From positions 109,504-173,503 of the forward strand of contig JAZQIU010000006.1 in assembly GCA_045541255.1 (NCBI GenBank): 64,000 nt of DNA, given 5' to 3'. The translations under genes were made by a program, and so were the position numbers. The notes under the pieces are model-generated. The model ran no database searches. It had not been told where the DNA came from and worked only from the letters and a program-made list of their open reading frames with translations. The stretch is from Bacilli bacterium (GTDB lineage Bacteria; Bacillota_I; Bacilli_A; RF39; UBA660). Of the stretch, positions 11,056-20,984 are shown in pieces (within the stretch, counting starts at the first letter, position 1; each line of letters begins with the position of its first letter).

Positions 11056-12540
11056 ATGCGTGAATTTACAGATCAAGAATTAATAAGAAGAGAAAAAGCA
11101 GAAAAAATTAGAGAAATGGGTATGGATCCATTTGGTAATAGATTTGATAGAACTGCTTTTAATAGTGAAATAAAAGAAAAATATAAAGATGTAGAACATG
11201 ATGAATTTGAAAATATTACTGATGAATATGTTGTTGCTGGTAGAATAATGTTTATTAGAAAAATGGGTAAAGCATCATTCTTTAGTATTAAAGATAAGAC
11301 TGGTAGTATGCAAATTTATATCTCTATAAATGATGTAGGTGAAGAAGTATATAATTTATTTAAAACTGCTGATTTAGGAGATATAGTTGGTGTTAAAGGT
11401 CGTGTTATGAAAACTAAGACTGGTGAAATAACTTTAAAATGTATAGAATATACTCATTTAGTTAAAGCTTTAAGACCATTACCTGAAAAATTTCATGGTT
11501 TGACTGATATAGAAGAAAGATATAGAAGACGTTATGTTGATTTAATAATGAATGATACTTCTAAAAATATTGCTTTCTTAAGACCTAGAATTATTAGATG
11601 TATTCAAAATTTTATGGATAATAGAGGTTTTACTGAAGTTGAAACTCCTGTTTTACAAACTTTATTAACTGGAGCAAGTGCTCGTCCATTTATTACTCAT
11701 CATAATACTCAAGATTTAGATATGTACTTACGTATTGCTTTAGAATTACCATTAAAGAGATTATTAGTTGGTGGTATGGAAGCAGTATATGAAATAGGTA
11801 GAACATTTAGAAATGAAGGAATGGATCCAAAACATAATCCTGAATTTACTTTAATGGAAGCATATTTAGCATATTCTAATTTAGAGGGCATGATGGAAAT
11901 GACTGAAGCAATGTATAAAACTATTGCTGAAGAAGTTTTTGGAAAATATGTTTATAATTGGGGTGGAAATGAAATTGATTTAAGCGGTTCTTGGAGAAGA
12001 GTTAGTATGGTTGACGCTATAAAAGAACAAACTGGTATAGATTTCAAAAAAGAAATGACTGTTGAAGAGGCTATGAAGTTGGCTAGTGAACATGATATAG
12101 TGGTTGAAAGTCATCAAGAAAATGTTGGACATATAATAAATTTATTCTTTGAAAAATATGTAGAAGAAACTTTAATTCAACCAACTTTCTTATATGGACA
12201 TCCAGTTGAAATTTCACCATTAACAAAAGCAAATCCTGAAGATCCTAGATTTGTTGATAGATTTGAATTATTTATTGGTGGTAAAGAGTTTGCTAATGCT
12301 TATACTGAATTAAATGATCCAATCGATCAATTAGAAAGATTTGAAAATCAATTAAAAGAAAAAGAGTTAGGTAACGATGAAGCTAATGATATAGATATGG
12401 ACTTCATTGAAGCTTTAGAATATGGTATGCCACCTGCTGGTGGAATTGGTTATGGAATAGATAGATTATGTATGTTATTTACAGAACAAGAATCTATTAG
12501 AGATGTTATACTATTCCCAACTATGAAAAATAGGAACTAA
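11056..12540 (+). CDS. lysS: Lysine--tRNA ligase (class II)
   Basis: 494 aa with an N-terminal OB-fold region, class II motifs (FRNEGMDPKHNPEFTLMEAY; GGIGYGIDRLCML) and typical LysS length. Confidence 0.95.
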   Translation: MREFTDQELIRREKAEKIREMGMDPFGNRFDRTAFNSEIKEKYKDVEHDEFENITDEYVVAGRIMFIRKMGKASFFSIKDKTGSMQIYISINDVGEEVYNLFKTADLGDIVGVKGRVMKTKTGEITLKCIEYTHLVKALRPLPEKFHGLTDIEERYRRRYVDLIMNDTSKNIAFLRPRIIRCIQNFMDNRGFTEVETPVLQTLLTGASARPFITHHNTQDLDMYLRIALELPLKRLLVGGMEAVYEIGRTFRNEGMDPKHNPEFTLMEAYLAYSNLEGMMEMTEAMYKTIAEEVFGKYVYNWGGNEIDLSGSWRRVSMVDAIKEQTGIDFKKEMTVEEAMKLASEHDIVVESHQENVGHIINLFFEKYVEETLIQPTFLYGHPVEISPLTKANPEDPRFVDRFELFIGGKEFANAYTELNDPIDQLERFENQLKEKELGNDEANDIDMDFIEALEYGMPPAGGIGYGIDRLCMLFTEQESIRDVILFPTMKNRN

Positions 12541-12565
12541 TTACTAAAAAATTAGTTCTTTTTTT
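12534..12565 (+). terminator. Rho-independent terminator after lysS
   Basis: 9-bp stem gaactaatt / aattagttc followed by a T-run; it overlaps the lysS stop codon. Confidence 0.5.
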
Positions 12566-12637
12566 GTGAAATTTTGGTGAAAAACACTTTACTTTATTTA
12601 TTTTATGCTATAATTGTTATGAGGAGGTTAAAGAGTA

Positions 12638-14236
12638 ATGAAAAAGTTTTTTAAAAAACATGATTTAGTTAAAATAGCATTGTGTATGATATTATTAACA
12701 GTTATATTATCTTGGATTATTCCGCAAGGTTATTTTAATGCAGGTGAATTAGTTAAAGGTGAAATCACTAGAGTTGGTTTATTTGATTTTGTAACTTATG
12801 GACTATTAGGAATGTATTATTTTACTGTATTAGTAACATTCTTCTTTGTTCTAGGAGCATTTTATCAATTTTTATCAAGTCTTGGTGCTTATCAAAAATT
12901 AACTGATAAAATTGCTGCAAAAGTAAAAGGAAAGGAAATATTATTTTCATTAATTATTAGTTTTGTATTTGCTGCTTTAGCAAGTATAATAAATGAATAT
13001 TTAGTATTAGTTGCATTTATGCCATTTGTAGTAACTATTTGTTCCAAATTAAAAATGGATAAAATTAGTACATTTGTAACTACTTTTGGTGCTATGCTAG
13101 TTGGTATTTTAGGTACTACAATTAGTGCTAAAGTTGCTGGTATGAGTGTTCAATATTTATCATTAACTTATACTGATAAATTATTTGAAAAAATTCTTTT
13201 ATTTGCTATTGCTTTCATAGTATATAGTTTATTTAATATTAGACATTTAAAGAAAACTTTAGCAGATAATAAAGAATTTAAAACTATTATTGGATTCTTT
13301 GCTGCATTAGTAGATATTGGATTATTAGTTTTATTCTTTATTGTTAAAAAATTAGTATTCTATATTTTGTTAGGTGTTACTGTATTAGGTTTAGTTGCTT
13401 ATATAGTATATAGTATTAAGAAAAAAGATACTAAGAAAAAGAATAGTAAATCAAAGAAAGAAAAGGAAAGTGCTTTAGTAGTTAATGTTGATTTATTTGA
13501 AAATACTGTTAAGGGTAGTGATAAATCAAATACAATTCCATTAATTATTGTAGGAATTATTGCTATTTTAGTTACAATTTTAGCTTATATTCCATGGTCA
13601 ACAGTATTCCAAGTTGATTGGTTTAGTAAAGCATTAACAACTGTAACAGAAGCTAAATTATTTGGAGTTCCAATATTCTCTTATATTCTTGGTAATGTAA
13701 CTGAATTTGGTACTTGGGATATATTTGGTGTTCAAGTTGTTATGATTGTTGCTATGTTAATATTAGCAATTTGTTATAGACAAGGATTAACTAATATTAT
13801 TGATTCTTTTGCTGAAGGTTTCAAAAAATCTAGTAAATTAGTAGTAGTTTTATTACTTGCATATGTAATATTAGAATTTACAGTTATGTATCCTGTTATT
13901 CCAACTATTCTTGGAAGTATTTTAGGAGCTAAATTCAATGTATTAACAACTACTTTAGGTGGTTTATTAACAAGTGCATTTACTACTGAATATCAATATA
14001 CTATTAATTTAGTTTATTCTTATTTAACATCTGCATATGCTAGCAATTTAAGTGTTGTTTCAATTATTCTACAATCTACATTTGGATTAGTATCATTCTT
14101 TGTTCCATCTAGTGCTATGTTATTAGTTGGTTTAAGTTATTTAGATATTCCATATAAAGATTGGATGAAATATATTTGGAAATTCTTAGTTGTAATGTTA
14201 GTTGTTATTGTAGTAATGGCTTTCATTATTGCATAG
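12638..14236 (+). CDS. YfcC/DcuC-like polytopic membrane transporter
   Basis: 532-aa multi-TM protein. The N-terminus (ILSWIIPQGYF) resembles the YfcC family. An unusual Lys-rich cytoplasmic loop (KKKDTKKKNSKSKKEKE) is present. Confidence 0.5.
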   Translation: MKKFFKKHDLVKIALCMILLTVILSWIIPQGYFNAGELVKGEITRVGLFDFVTYGLLGMYYFTVLVTFFFVLGAFYQFLSSLGAYQKLTDKIAAKVKGKEILFSLIISFVFAALASIINEYLVLVAFMPFVVTICSKLKMDKISTFVTTFGAMLVGILGTTISAKVAGMSVQYLSLTYTDKLFEKILLFAIAFIVYSLFNIRHLKKTLADNKEFKTIIGFFAALVDIGLLVLFFIVKKLVFYILLGVTVLGLVAYIVYSIKKKDTKKKNSKSKKEKESALVVNVDLFENTVKGSDKSNTIPLIIVGIIAILVTILAYIPWSTVFQVDWFSKALTTVTEAKLFGVPIFSYILGNVTEFGTWDIFGVQVVMIVAMLILAICYRQGLTNIIDSFAEGFKKSSKLVVVLLLAYVILEFTVMYPVIPTILGSILGAKFNVLTTTLGGLLTSAFTTEYQYTINLVYSYLTSAYASNLSVVSIILQSTFGLVSFFVPSSAMLLVGLSYLDIPYKDWMKYIWKFLVVMLVVIVVMAFIIA

Positions 14237-14306
14237 TATAAGTAAAAAAAAGTAATGCATAGTCATTGCTTTTTTTGTGTAAGTTTTTTAATATAAAAAA
14301 ATATTC

Positions 14307-14335
14307 TTGTGTCAAAAATGATTATGTGTTAGAAT
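14307..14335 (+). promoter_or_regulatory. Possible promoter of the pheST leader
   Basis: TTGTGT, a 17-nt spacer ending in TGT, then TAGAAT (14330-14335). Confidence 0.35.
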
Positions 14336-14341
14336 AATCTA

Positions 14342-14565
14342 GTAATACATTGATTATGTCTAGTATTTTATATAAGTATTCTTTAAAGAGAGTGATTGTT
14401 ATTAGCTGAAAGCAATTGCAAGAATAGTATAAAAGAAGTTTCAACATAGGAGTGTTAATCGTTTAATCTACGTTATAGGATAAGAGTGCTAGGGAACTAG
14501 AACAAAGGTGGTACCGCGGAATTCAACAGTGTTTCGTCCTTTATTAGGATGACACTGTTTTTTTA
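14342..14565 (+). promoter_or_regulatory. T-box riboswitch leader (Phe)
   Basis: Contains the AGAGAG stem I start, a candidate specifier UUC followed by A (14440-14443) and the T-box sequence AAAGGTGGTACCGCG (14504-14518). A 13-bp terminator hairpin (14525-14558) plus T-run lies immediately upstream of pheS. Confidence 0.8.
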
Positions 14566-14584
14566 TTTAGAAAGGATTGTTATT

Positions 14585-15634
14585 ATGTATAATGTTAAAG
14601 TAAATGAATTAATGGAAGAAGTTAAAACTATTTTTGATGGTATTGATTCAAAGAAAACTTTAGAAAATATTAAAGTTGCTTATATGGGAAAAAATGGTAA
14701 GATAACTCTTTTAAATCAACTAATTAAAGATGTTCCAAATGAAGAAAAACGTGAGTTTGGTATGAAAGTTAATGAGGTTAAAAATTATTTTAATACTGAG
14801 TTTGATAGATTAAGTAAGGAAATTGAATTAAAAGAAATTAATGAAAAGTTAAATGCTGAAGCGATAGATGTTACTTTACCTGGAACAGAAATTCCTGTAG
14901 GTAGTGCACATCCTATTGAAAGAATAATAGAAAGTTTAGAAAACTTACTTATGAGTATGGGTTATGATGTTGTAGAAGGACCTGAAGTAGAAAAAGATTT
15001 ATATAACTTTGAACTTCTTAATTTACCTAAAGGACATCCTGCTAGAGATGCACAAGATACTTTCTATGTTAAAGATGAAGAATATTTATTACGTAGTCAA
15101 ACAAGTCCAGTACAAGCGAGAGTTATGTTAGATAAAGAAGGAAAAGAACCTATTAGAATAATTTGTCCTGGTAAAACTTATAGAAGAGATGAAGATGATG
15201 CTACTCATTCACATCAATTTACTCAAATGGAAGGTTTGTTAGTTGATAAAGATATTACTTTAGGAGATTTAAAGGGTACATTCGAAGAAATTGCTAAAAT
15301 GTTATTTGGTAAGAGTCGTGATACACGTTTTAGACCAAGTTTTTATCCATTTACAGAACCTAGCGTGGAAATGGATATAAGTTGTTTTAATTGTAATAGT
15401 AAAGGATGTAATATTTGTAAAGGTACTGGATGGATTACAGTAGGTGGAGCAGGTATGGTAAATCCTATAGTTCTAAGAAATTGTGGTTATAATCCAAATG
15501 AATGGAATGGTTTTGCATTTGGTTTTGGTATTGAAAGACTTGCAATGTTAAAATATGGAATTAATGATATAAGAACATTCTATGTTAATCATGATGTTCG
15601 TACTTTAAAACAATTTGATAGAAGGGAGAATTAA
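14585..15634 (+). CDS. pheS: Phenylalanine--tRNA ligase alpha subunit
   Basis: Class II motifs are present (HPARDAQDTFY; FRPSFYPFTEPS; GFAFGFGIERLAML). The start is taken at ATG 14585 after RBS gaaagga; the ORF-track start at 14549 lies inside the T-box terminator. Confidence 0.95.
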   Translation: MYNVKVNELMEEVKTIFDGIDSKKTLENIKVAYMGKNGKITLLNQLIKDVPNEEKREFGMKVNEVKNYFNTEFDRLSKEIELKEINEKLNAEAIDVTLPGTEIPVGSAHPIERIIESLENLLMSMGYDVVEGPEVEKDLYNFELLNLPKGHPARDAQDTFYVKDEEYLLRSQTSPVQARVMLDKEGKEPIRIICPGKTYRRDEDDATHSHQFTQMEGLLVDKDITLGDLKGTFEEIAKMLFGKSRDTRFRPSFYPFTEPSVEMDISCFNCNSKGCNICKGTGWITVGGAGMVNPIVLRNCGYNPNEWNGFAFGFGIERLAMLKYGINDIRTFYVNHDVRTLKQFDRREN

Positions 15635-15635
15635 T

Positions 15636-18023
15636 ATGGCAATTAGTTTAAATTGGGTAAATGATTATATTGATATAAAGGATGTTGATTTAGTTGAACT
15701 TGCTAATAAAATTACTAAAGCTGGTATAAATATAGAAAAAGTTAGTAGTAATAAAATTGATAATTTAGTAGTTGGTAAAGTTTTGGAATGTGTAGATCAT
15801 CCTGATAGTGATCATTTACATGTTTGTAAGGTTGATATTGGTGATACTATTACTCAAATAGTATGTGGTGCTAGCAATGTAAGAAGTGGTATTAAAGTTA
15901 TAGTTGCATTACCTGGTGCTATATTACCTGGAGATTTTGAAATTAAACAAAGTAAAATTAGAGGTGTAGAGTCTAATGGTATGATTTGTGCTTTATTTGA
16001 ACTTGGTTTAGAAGAAAAAACAGAAGAAAATTATAATAAGGGTATTACCGAATTAGATGATGATGCACCTATTGGTGAAAATGCTTTTGTTTACTTAGAT
16101 ATGGGTGATACTACTTATGAATTAGACTTAAATCCTAATAGAACTGATTGTAATAATCATTTATGTTTTGCATATGAAGTTGCAGCAGTTTTAAAAAGAA
16201 AAGTTAATATGCCTGATGTAAGTTTTAATACAATAGAAGATAAAGTTGAAGATTTAGTTTCTTTAGATGTTCAAACTGATAATTGTAGTATGTACAACTT
16301 AATGATTGCTAAAGATGTTAAGATTAAAGAAAGTCCTGAATTTATTAAACGTAGATTAGAAGTAGCTGGTATAAGAAGTATAAATAATGTTGTGGATATT
16401 TCTAATTATGTAATGTTAGAGTATGGACAACCATTACATTTCTTTGATAAAGATGTAGTTGGTGATAAGATTGTTGTAAGAATGGCTAAAGATAATGAAA
16501 AGATTGTTACATTAGATGAGCAAGAAAGAGATTTAATAACTGATGATATTGTTATAACTGATGGAGAAAAAGCTTTATGTGTTGCTGGTGTAATGGGCGG
16601 ATTAAATAGTGGAATAACTGAAGATACTAAGAATATTTTAATAGAATCTGCTATGTTTAATTCATATAATGTTAGATATACAAGTATTCGTTTAGGTTTA
16701 AGAAGTGAAGCAAGTTTAAGATTTGAAAAACCATTAAATTATGAATATTGTGAACTTGCTATAAAAAGAGCTTGTCATTTATTAGAGCGTTTTGCTGATG
16801 CTAAGATAGTTAGTGGTGTTATTACACATGATAAAACTGATAAGAGTGAAAGAAAGATAAATGTTAGTTTAAAAGAAATAAATTCTGTATTAGGTATGGA
16901 ATTAACAAAAGAAGATGTTGAAAGTACTTTAGATAGTTTAGGTTTTGGATATACGGAAACTAATGATAATTATGAAGTGTTAGTTCCTAATAGAAGACAA
17001 GATATAGTATTACAAAAAGAAGATATTATAGAAGAAGTAGGTAGAATTTATGGTTATGATAATATAGTTCCTACTTTACCTAGAGTAAACATTAAAAAAG
17101 GTGAATATAGTGAAAGTGCTAAGTTTAGAAAAATAGTTTCTAAAAGAATGAGAAGTTTAGGATTTAGAGAACTTAGAACTTATACTTTAGTTAGTGATGA
17201 AGATTCTAATAAATATAATTATAATTTTGGAGAATTTGTTAAACTTAATAGACCAATGTTAAAAGAAAGAGCTGTTGTTAGACAAAGTTTATTGAATTCT
17301 TTAGTAGAAGTAATTAATTATAATATAAAGAGTAAGAATAAAGATTTAATGATGTATGAAATTGCTAACACTTATAGTGGTAGTGATGAATATGTTGAAG
17401 ATACTAAGTTAGCTTTTGTTATGACTGGTAAATATTTAAGTAATACATGGAATAACAACTGTTATGATATAGATTTCTATTTTGCTAAAGGTGTTATTGA
17501 AAACTTATTAAATTATTTAGGATTAGAAAATAGATATACATTAAGTTTAAGTGATAAATTGCCTAATGAAATACATCCTAAAATTAATAGTGAAATAGTT
17601 GTTGGTGGAAAAAGTGTTGGATACTTTGGAAAATTACATCCTAGCGTAACAAAAGAAGATATATTTGTATGTGAAATATCTTTAACTAAGTTAGGTATGA
17701 ATAAAACTGGTGATGTTAAATTTAAAGAATTAAATAAATATCCTAAGATAGAAAAAGATTTAGCATTTATTGTGAGTGATAGTGTAGATAGTTATGATTT
17801 AGTTAAAGAAATTAAAAAATCTGGTGGCAAATTATTAACTGATGTTAAAGTATTTGATATATATAAAGGTGAAAAATTAGATAGTGATAAAAAATCTATA
17901 GCATATAATTTAACATTTGAAGATAATACTAGAACTTTAACTGAAGATGAAGTTATGAAAGTATTTAGTATTATTATAAGGAATGTTGAAACTAAATTTA
18001 ATGCAGTTTTAAGAGATAAATAA
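15636..18023 (+). CDS. pheT: Phenylalanine--tRNA ligase beta subunit
   Basis: About 795 aa with an N-terminal tRNA-binding OB domain (VGKVLECVDHPDSDHLHVCKVDIG), B3/4 and B5 regions and a C-terminal FDX-ACB domain. Start at ATG 15636 after RBS gggag. Confidence 0.95.
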   Translation: MAISLNWVNDYIDIKDVDLVELANKITKAGINIEKVSSNKIDNLVVGKVLECVDHPDSDHLHVCKVDIGDTITQIVCGASNVRSGIKVIVALPGAILPGDFEIKQSKIRGVESNGMICALFELGLEEKTEENYNKGITELDDDAPIGENAFVYLDMGDTTYELDLNPNRTDCNNHLCFAYEVAAVLKRKVNMPDVSFNTIEDKVEDLVSLDVQTDNCSMYNLMIAKDVKIKESPEFIKRRLEVAGIRSINNVVDISNYVMLEYGQPLHFFDKDVVGDKIVVRMAKDNEKIVTLDEQERDLITDDIVITDGEKALCVAGVMGGLNSGITEDTKNILIESAMFNSYNVRYTSIRLGLRSEASLRFEKPLNYEYCELAIKRACHLLERFADAKIVSGVITHDKTDKSERKINVSLKEINSVLGMELTKEDVESTLDSLGFGYTETNDNYEVLVPNRRQDIVLQKEDIIEEVGRIYGYDNIVPTLPRVNIKKGEYSESAKFRKIVSKRMRSLGFRELRTYTLVSDEDSNKYNYNFGEFVKLNRPMLKERAVVRQSLLNSLVEVINYNIKSKNKDLMMYEIANTYSGSDEYVEDTKLAFVMTGKYLSNTWNNNCYDIDFYFAKGVIENLLNYLGLENRYTLSLSDKLPNEIHPKINSEIVVGGKSVGYFGKLHPSVTKEDIFVCEISLTKLGMNKTGDVKFKELNKYPKIEKDLAFIVSDSVDSYDLVKEIKKSGGKLLTDVKVFDIYKGEKLDSDKKSIAYNLTFEDNTRTLTEDEVMKVFSIIIRNVETKFNAVLRDK

Positions 18024-18046
18024 GATGTCAATAGACATCTTTTTTG
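18023..18046 (+). terminator. Rho-independent terminator after pheT
   Basis: Stem agatgtc / gacatct with loop aata, then TTTTTT. Confidence 0.7.
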
Positions 18047-18092
18047 TTGTTATTTTTAAATATTATATATATAATAAAAGAGAGGGTTGATA

Positions 18093-18509
18093 ATGATGTA
18101 TTGTTCAAATTGTGGTAAAGAAAGAAAAGAAAATAGTCATTTTTGTTATAATTGTGGTAATCAATTTGATGAAAATATTGAAGTAAAAAAAGAGATTAAA
18201 AGTGGTAATCAAGAGACTAGTTTAGTATTAGGCATAATATGTTTAGTATCAAGTTTTATAGTCAATATATTATGTTTTATACCTGGTATTATGAGTATTA
18301 TGTATGCAAAAAAATATAAAAAAGAAAGTGGAAAACTAGGAATAGGTTTTGGACTTTCTATTGGTGGAATGATATATAGTTTGATTACATTTATTTTATT
18401 AGTGTTATTTATTATATTTATATGGGCTATGACTTATGAAACTAATAATGAAGGTAGTTATAAATATAATTATGATACTGAATACACTTATAATGTACCT
18501 TATGTTTAA
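18093..18509 (+). CDS. Zinc-ribbon domain membrane protein
   Basis: N-terminal CxxC...CxxC (YCSNCG...FCYNCG) followed by two hydrophobic helices. Confidence 0.6.
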   Translation: MMYCSNCGKERKENSHFCYNCGNQFDENIEVKKEIKSGNQETSLVLGIICLVSSFIVNILCFIPGIMSIMYAKKYKKESGKLGIGFGLSIGGMIYSLITFILLVLFIIFIWAMTYETNNEGSYKYNYDTEYTYNVPYV

Positions 18510-18523
18510 AATGGAGTTGTGGT

Positions 18524-19012
18524 ATGGAAAGAGTAGATAAAACAAATTATTATTTAGATATAGCAGAATCAGTATTAGAAAGAAGTACTTGTATTAGAAG
18601 ATGTTTTGGTGCAATAATTGTTAAAAATGATGAGATTATTGCTACTGGATTTAATGGGGCTCCTCGTGGCAGAAAAAATTGTTGTGATTTAAAATATTGT
18701 TTAAGAGAAAAATTAAATATACCTAGAGGTGAACGTTATGAAATGTGTAGATCTGTACATGCTGAACAAAATGCTATAATAAGTGCATCACGTAGAGATT
18801 TATTAGATTCTACATTATATTTAGTAGGTAAAGAATATGAAAGTGGCAATTATGTAGCTAATTCTAATCCTTGTTCTTTATGTAAAAGAATGATTATTAA
18901 TGCAGGTATTAAGACCGTTGTTTTACGTGATACTAAAGATAGTTATAGAATTGTTAAGGTTCAAGATTATATAGATAATGATGAAAGTTTAGAAGGTGTT
19001 ACTGGATATTAA
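18524..19012 (+). CDS. comEB: dCMP deaminase (ComEB-like)
   Basis: Cytidine/deoxycytidylate deaminase zinc motifs HAEQNAI and PCSLCKRMIINAGI. Confidence 0.85.
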   Translation: MERVDKTNYYLDIAESVLERSTCIRRCFGAIIVKNDEIIATGFNGAPRGRKNCCDLKYCLREKLNIPRGERYEMCRSVHAEQNAIISASRRDLLDSTLYLVGKEYESGNYVANSNPCSLCKRMIINAGIKTVVLRDTKDSYRIVKVQDYIDNDESLEGVTGY

Positions 19013-19494
19013 TTATCCAGTTTTTCTTTTATTATTTTGTATTCCGTCAATAATTTTTCTAAAGAGTAAGTTGCATTAGCACTTGATGGGCTAGGTAAAT
19101 AAAAACATTCTAAGTTTAAGTCTTTATAATATTTTTGATATAAATTATAGGATAGTTTGCCAGTACAAAATATATATTTTATTTTTGAATTTTTTATTAT
19201 TGGTTTTAAATTATTTATTTTAATATTCTTTATACTTGAATCACTAGAACCATTTATATCACATTCTTTTATCATATCGAATATGGCTATATTGTTATTT
19301 AATAAAAAGTTTTCTTTATCAGTATTTGTTTTTAATTCAGTATTAAATAATATACTTAGTATTTTCCAAAATCTATTTGTTTTATGAGCATAATAAAAGT
19401 TATTTTCTCTAGATATTATGCTTGGCATACTACCTAATATTAATACTTTTGATTGTTCATTGTATATTGGTTTTAGTATGTGTTTTACTTTCAT
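19009..19494 (-). CDS. DNA-deoxyinosine glycosylase-like UDG-superfamily protein
   Basis: N-terminal VLILGSMPS...YYAHKTNRFWKIL resembles the hypoxanthine/uracil DNA glycosylase family; C-terminal LPSPSSAN motif. Confidence 0.65.
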   Translation of the reverse strand: MKVKHILKPIYNEQSKVLILGSMPSIISRENNFYYAHKTNRFWKILSILFNTELKTNTDKENFLLNNNIAIFDMIKECDINGSSDSSIKNIKINNLKPIIKNSKIKYIFCTGKLSYNLYQKYYKDLNLECFYLPSPSSANATYSLEKLLTEYKIIKEKLDN

Positions 19495-19568
19495 ATAATC
19501 TTCCTTTTTATTTATTCATATATTATACTATTATTAGAAAGTATTGTGTAATATTTTGTGGGTGTAGT

Positions 19569-20237
19569 ATGAAAAATAATCAAGAATTATTAGATGAATT
19601 AAAAATAAAATATGATAAATTACAAATTAAATATGGTTCTAAAGAACATGATTCTATTTATAATGGAGGCTGTGTTAATAATCCCAATGTTTGTTTTGTA
19701 TTTATGAATCCAACTGGAAGAAATGTTGCAAGTTTAAAAACATGGGAAGGGCGTAAGTCTCCTTGGATAGGAACTAAAAATATATGGACATTATTTAGAA
19801 AGTGTAATTTGATAGAAGAAGATTTATATTTAAAAATTAGAAGTAAATTACCTAAAGAATGGGATTATAATTTTGCTGATGAAGTTTATGATAGCGTAGA
19901 AAAAAATAAATATTTTATTACAAATTTAGGTAAATGTACTCAAGTAGATGCTAGACCTTTAAGTGATGAAGTGTTAGGTAAGTATACGAAGTTATTATTA
20001 AAAGAAATTGATATCATAAAACCTAGAGTTATAATTACTTTTGGTAATCAAGTTAGTTCTATAGTGTTAGATAAGAAGATATCTGTATCTAATACTAGGA
20101 AAGAATTTTTTGAAAAAAAGATAGGAAATAATGTTTATAAAATTTTTCCGGTTTATTATCCAATAGGGAATGGTATATTTAATATAGATAAATCTATAGA
20201 AGATATAAATTGGATTATAGATAATTATGTTAAATAA
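19569..20237 (+). CDS. Uracil-DNA glycosylase family protein (family 4/5-like)
   Basis: Motifs VCFVFMNPTGRN and ...FITNLGKCTQ. The start is moved to ATG 19569; the hydrophobic extension from 19422 overlaps the divergent gene's promoter region. Confidence 0.55.
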   Translation: MKNNQELLDELKIKYDKLQIKYGSKEHDSIYNGGCVNNPNVCFVFMNPTGRNVASLKTWEGRKSPWIGTKNIWTLFRKCNLIEEDLYLKIRSKLPKEWDYNFADEVYDSVEKNKYFITNLGKCTQVDARPLSDEVLGKYTKLLLKEIDIIKPRVIITFGNQVSSIVLDKKISVSNTRKEFFEKKIGNNVYKIFPVYYPIGNGIFNIDKSIEDINWIIDNYVK

Positions 20238-20300
20238 AAATATTTATTGAATATGTATTGTTTTAAGTGTTAAAATTATATTGTAAATAGGAGGTATTTT

Positions 20301-20984
20301 ATGAATAGAGTTAGTAATATTTTATGGGGATTTGTGTTGATAATAATAGGTATTATATTTGGTTTAAATGCTTTAAATATAGCTGATATAAATATATTCT
20401 TTAATGGATGGTGGACTTTATTTATTATTGTTCCTTGTTTTATTGATTTATTTAAAAATGAAAGTAAAACTGGAAATATAATAGGTTTAATTATTGGTGT
20501 TGCTTTATTGCTTTCGTGTAGAGGAATATTTGATATTGGTATGATTTTTAAATTAATAATTCCATTTATATTAGTTTGTATAGGTTTATCTATTATTTTT
20601 AAAGATAGTTTAAATAAGAAAGTAAAAGATAAAATAAAAACTTTAAATAAAAATAAGAAAAATGATAAAGAATATACTGCTACTTTTGGTGAACAAAAAT
20701 TAGACTTTAGTGATGAAAAGTTTGAAGGTAGTGAACTTAATGCTATATTTGGTGGAATTAATTGTGATTTAAGAAATTCAACTATTAAAGAGGATTGTGT
20801 AATAAATGCAACTGCTATATTTGGAGGGATTACTATTCGTGTTCCTGATAATATAAATGTTAAAGTTACTTCTACTTCAATATTTGGTGGTGTTAGTGAT
20901 GAAAGAAAGAAAAGAAATAATGATTCGAAAGTAACTTTATATATAAACGCTACATGTTTATTTGGAGGAGTTGAAATTAAATGA
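20301..20984 (+). CDS. LiaF/YvqF-like cell-wall stress response membrane protein
   Basis: N-terminal TM helices, then C-terminal repeated IFGG blocks (AIFGGINCDL, AIFGGITIRVP, SIFGGVSD, CLFGGVEIK) typical of the LiaF C-terminal domain. Confidence 0.7.
   Translation: MNRVSNILWGFVLIIIGIIFGLNALNIADINIFFNGWWTLFIIVPCFIDLFKNESKTGNIIGLIIGVALLLSCRGIFDIGMIFKLIIPFILVCIGLSIIFKDSLNKKVKDKIKTLNKNKKNDKEYTATFGEQKLDFSDEKFEGSELNAIFGGINCDLRNSTIKEDCVINATAIFGGITIRVPDNINVKVTSTSIFGGVSDERKKRNNDSKVTLYINATCLFGGVEIK

Noticed and set aside
19422-19568. 49-codon hydrophobic N-terminal extension of the UDG-like ORF
   Set aside because: It overlaps the start and promoter region of the divergent gene and is not part of the UDG fold. 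ATG 19569 gives a protein of normal length.
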